Below are positions 63,007 to 64,000 of a stretch of DNA of 64,000 bases, piece by piece. The notes below the pieces were generated by a model. The model ran no database searches and was not told the origin of the DNA. It worked only from the letters and a program-made list of their open reading frames with translations. The stretch spans positions 2,852,001-2,916,000 of the forward strand of contig CAVNZM010000015.1 of NCBI GenBank assembly GCA_963693365.1. Reading direction: 5' to 3'. Source of the stretch: Amoebidium appalachense. Taxonomy: Eukaryota > Protista > Ichthyosporea. Positions within the stretch are counted from its first letter, which is position 1. Every line of letters begins with the position of its first letter. Position numbers and translations under genes: made by a program.

Positions 63007-63974
63007 GGGAGAGGGTAGGAAAGCGCCTCACCCCCCCGCCCCCCCCTCTTCCGAGGGACAGGTTGGGAAGAGAGGCGGCTGAGAGAGGGGGAGGTTGATG
63101 TTGGGGTGCGCACTCTTGGGGGCGGAGAGAAGGGGGGAGAGAGGGGGGGGGGGGGGGGGGGGGAGAGGGGGGGGGGGAGAGAGAGAGAGAGAGAGAGGAA
63201 GAGGGGGCAGGGGGGAAGGGTTTGAATAGGCTGATAAAGAGAAGAGAGGTGGGCGGGGTTGGAGTTGGGGAAGGGGGGATAGGGCATGAGAGTAAATGAA
63301 GAAACGGGGAAACATGAACTAGCTTGGGAGGGGGAGAAGGGGAGGGGAGGGGGGGGGGGAGGGGGGTTGGGGGGTGGAGAGATTTGGTGAAAATAGTGAT
63401 AGAATGGCACCTCTCACCCACCGTATATTTATCGCTTTTCCATTTGCAATATTAACCCATGCAGACCTGGATACTAACAAGCATTTCCTTCCACTATGTC
63501 TCTTCGAACGCTCCAGTGTGTCAGGAAAACCAGGTATGGTTCTTTCGACTTGGAACATTTGCAACTACCCGTGCACCCAGCTGCCTTTTGCTCAACTAAG
63601 AACAGCACTTTGCAAACTAACGATAAGGCTTAGTATTGCTACTGGTTCTCATGTGCCCGTTTGCAGCATAGATTCGTGGCACTGTTAAGTCTATTCGATA
63701 ATCCTTGTTTGTGTTTAGGTAAAATTAAATAGGCCTTTTCTCAGTTAGGGATTCGGCACATCACACATCCAAGCAGTTGCAAGGTCTATGTGAACTCTCT
63801 TCCCACTCCCCCCCCTCCCCCGCCTTACAAACCACAAGCCGTAAGGTTTCTGTCCAAAATCACAACTGGACTGACCGCAAATGGTTTGGCAATCTGCAGT
63901 GGGGAGGATTGTCATTGAGCTATTCATCGATCTTGTTCCGAAAACGGCCGAGAACTTCAGATGTCTCTGCACAG
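62636..63974 (+). CDS. Cyclophilin-type peptidyl-prolyl isomerase, 5' part (continues beyond window); N-terminus resembles the PPIG/PPID types
   Basis: Exons 62636-62688, 63517-63533 (17 nt) and 63900-63974 give [49 protein letters not shown]. Confidence 0.92.
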
Positions 63975-64000
63975 GTGAGCCTCCCCCCTCCCCCTCCCCC

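Overview
Eukaryotic genomic DNA with standard code and GT-AG introns, saturated with poly-G/poly-C, (CA/GT)n, (GA)n and (TA)n tracts. It resembles an intron-rich unicellular opisthokont, but the taxon is inference only. Most ORFs in the track are microsatellite artefacts. Hand splicing gives four complete phase-consistent genes: a mitochondrion-targeted 2xRRM protein (-), a SWIM+RING zinc-finger protein (+), a family I soluble pyrophosphatase (+) and an Ig/ASH-like+RhoGAP protein (-). The 5' part of a cyclophilin with a 17-nt microexon is also present. There are three intronless secreted Cys/Pro-rich genes (a convergent inverted pair with five 6-Cys modules each, and a Kazal-mucin), each broken by one homopolymer frameshift, plus a decayed secreted-protein ORF. 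The most striking non-genic signal is a retroposon-like family with >10 copies. It has a fixed 3' end (...CATTCAAA), variable 5' truncation and a structured 3' region, and sits in poly(C)/poly(G) tracts. One young copy is nested in the internal G-run of an older copy, and another copy carries a 73-bp x ~15 minisatellite. A TIR element sits in a (TA)n tract.
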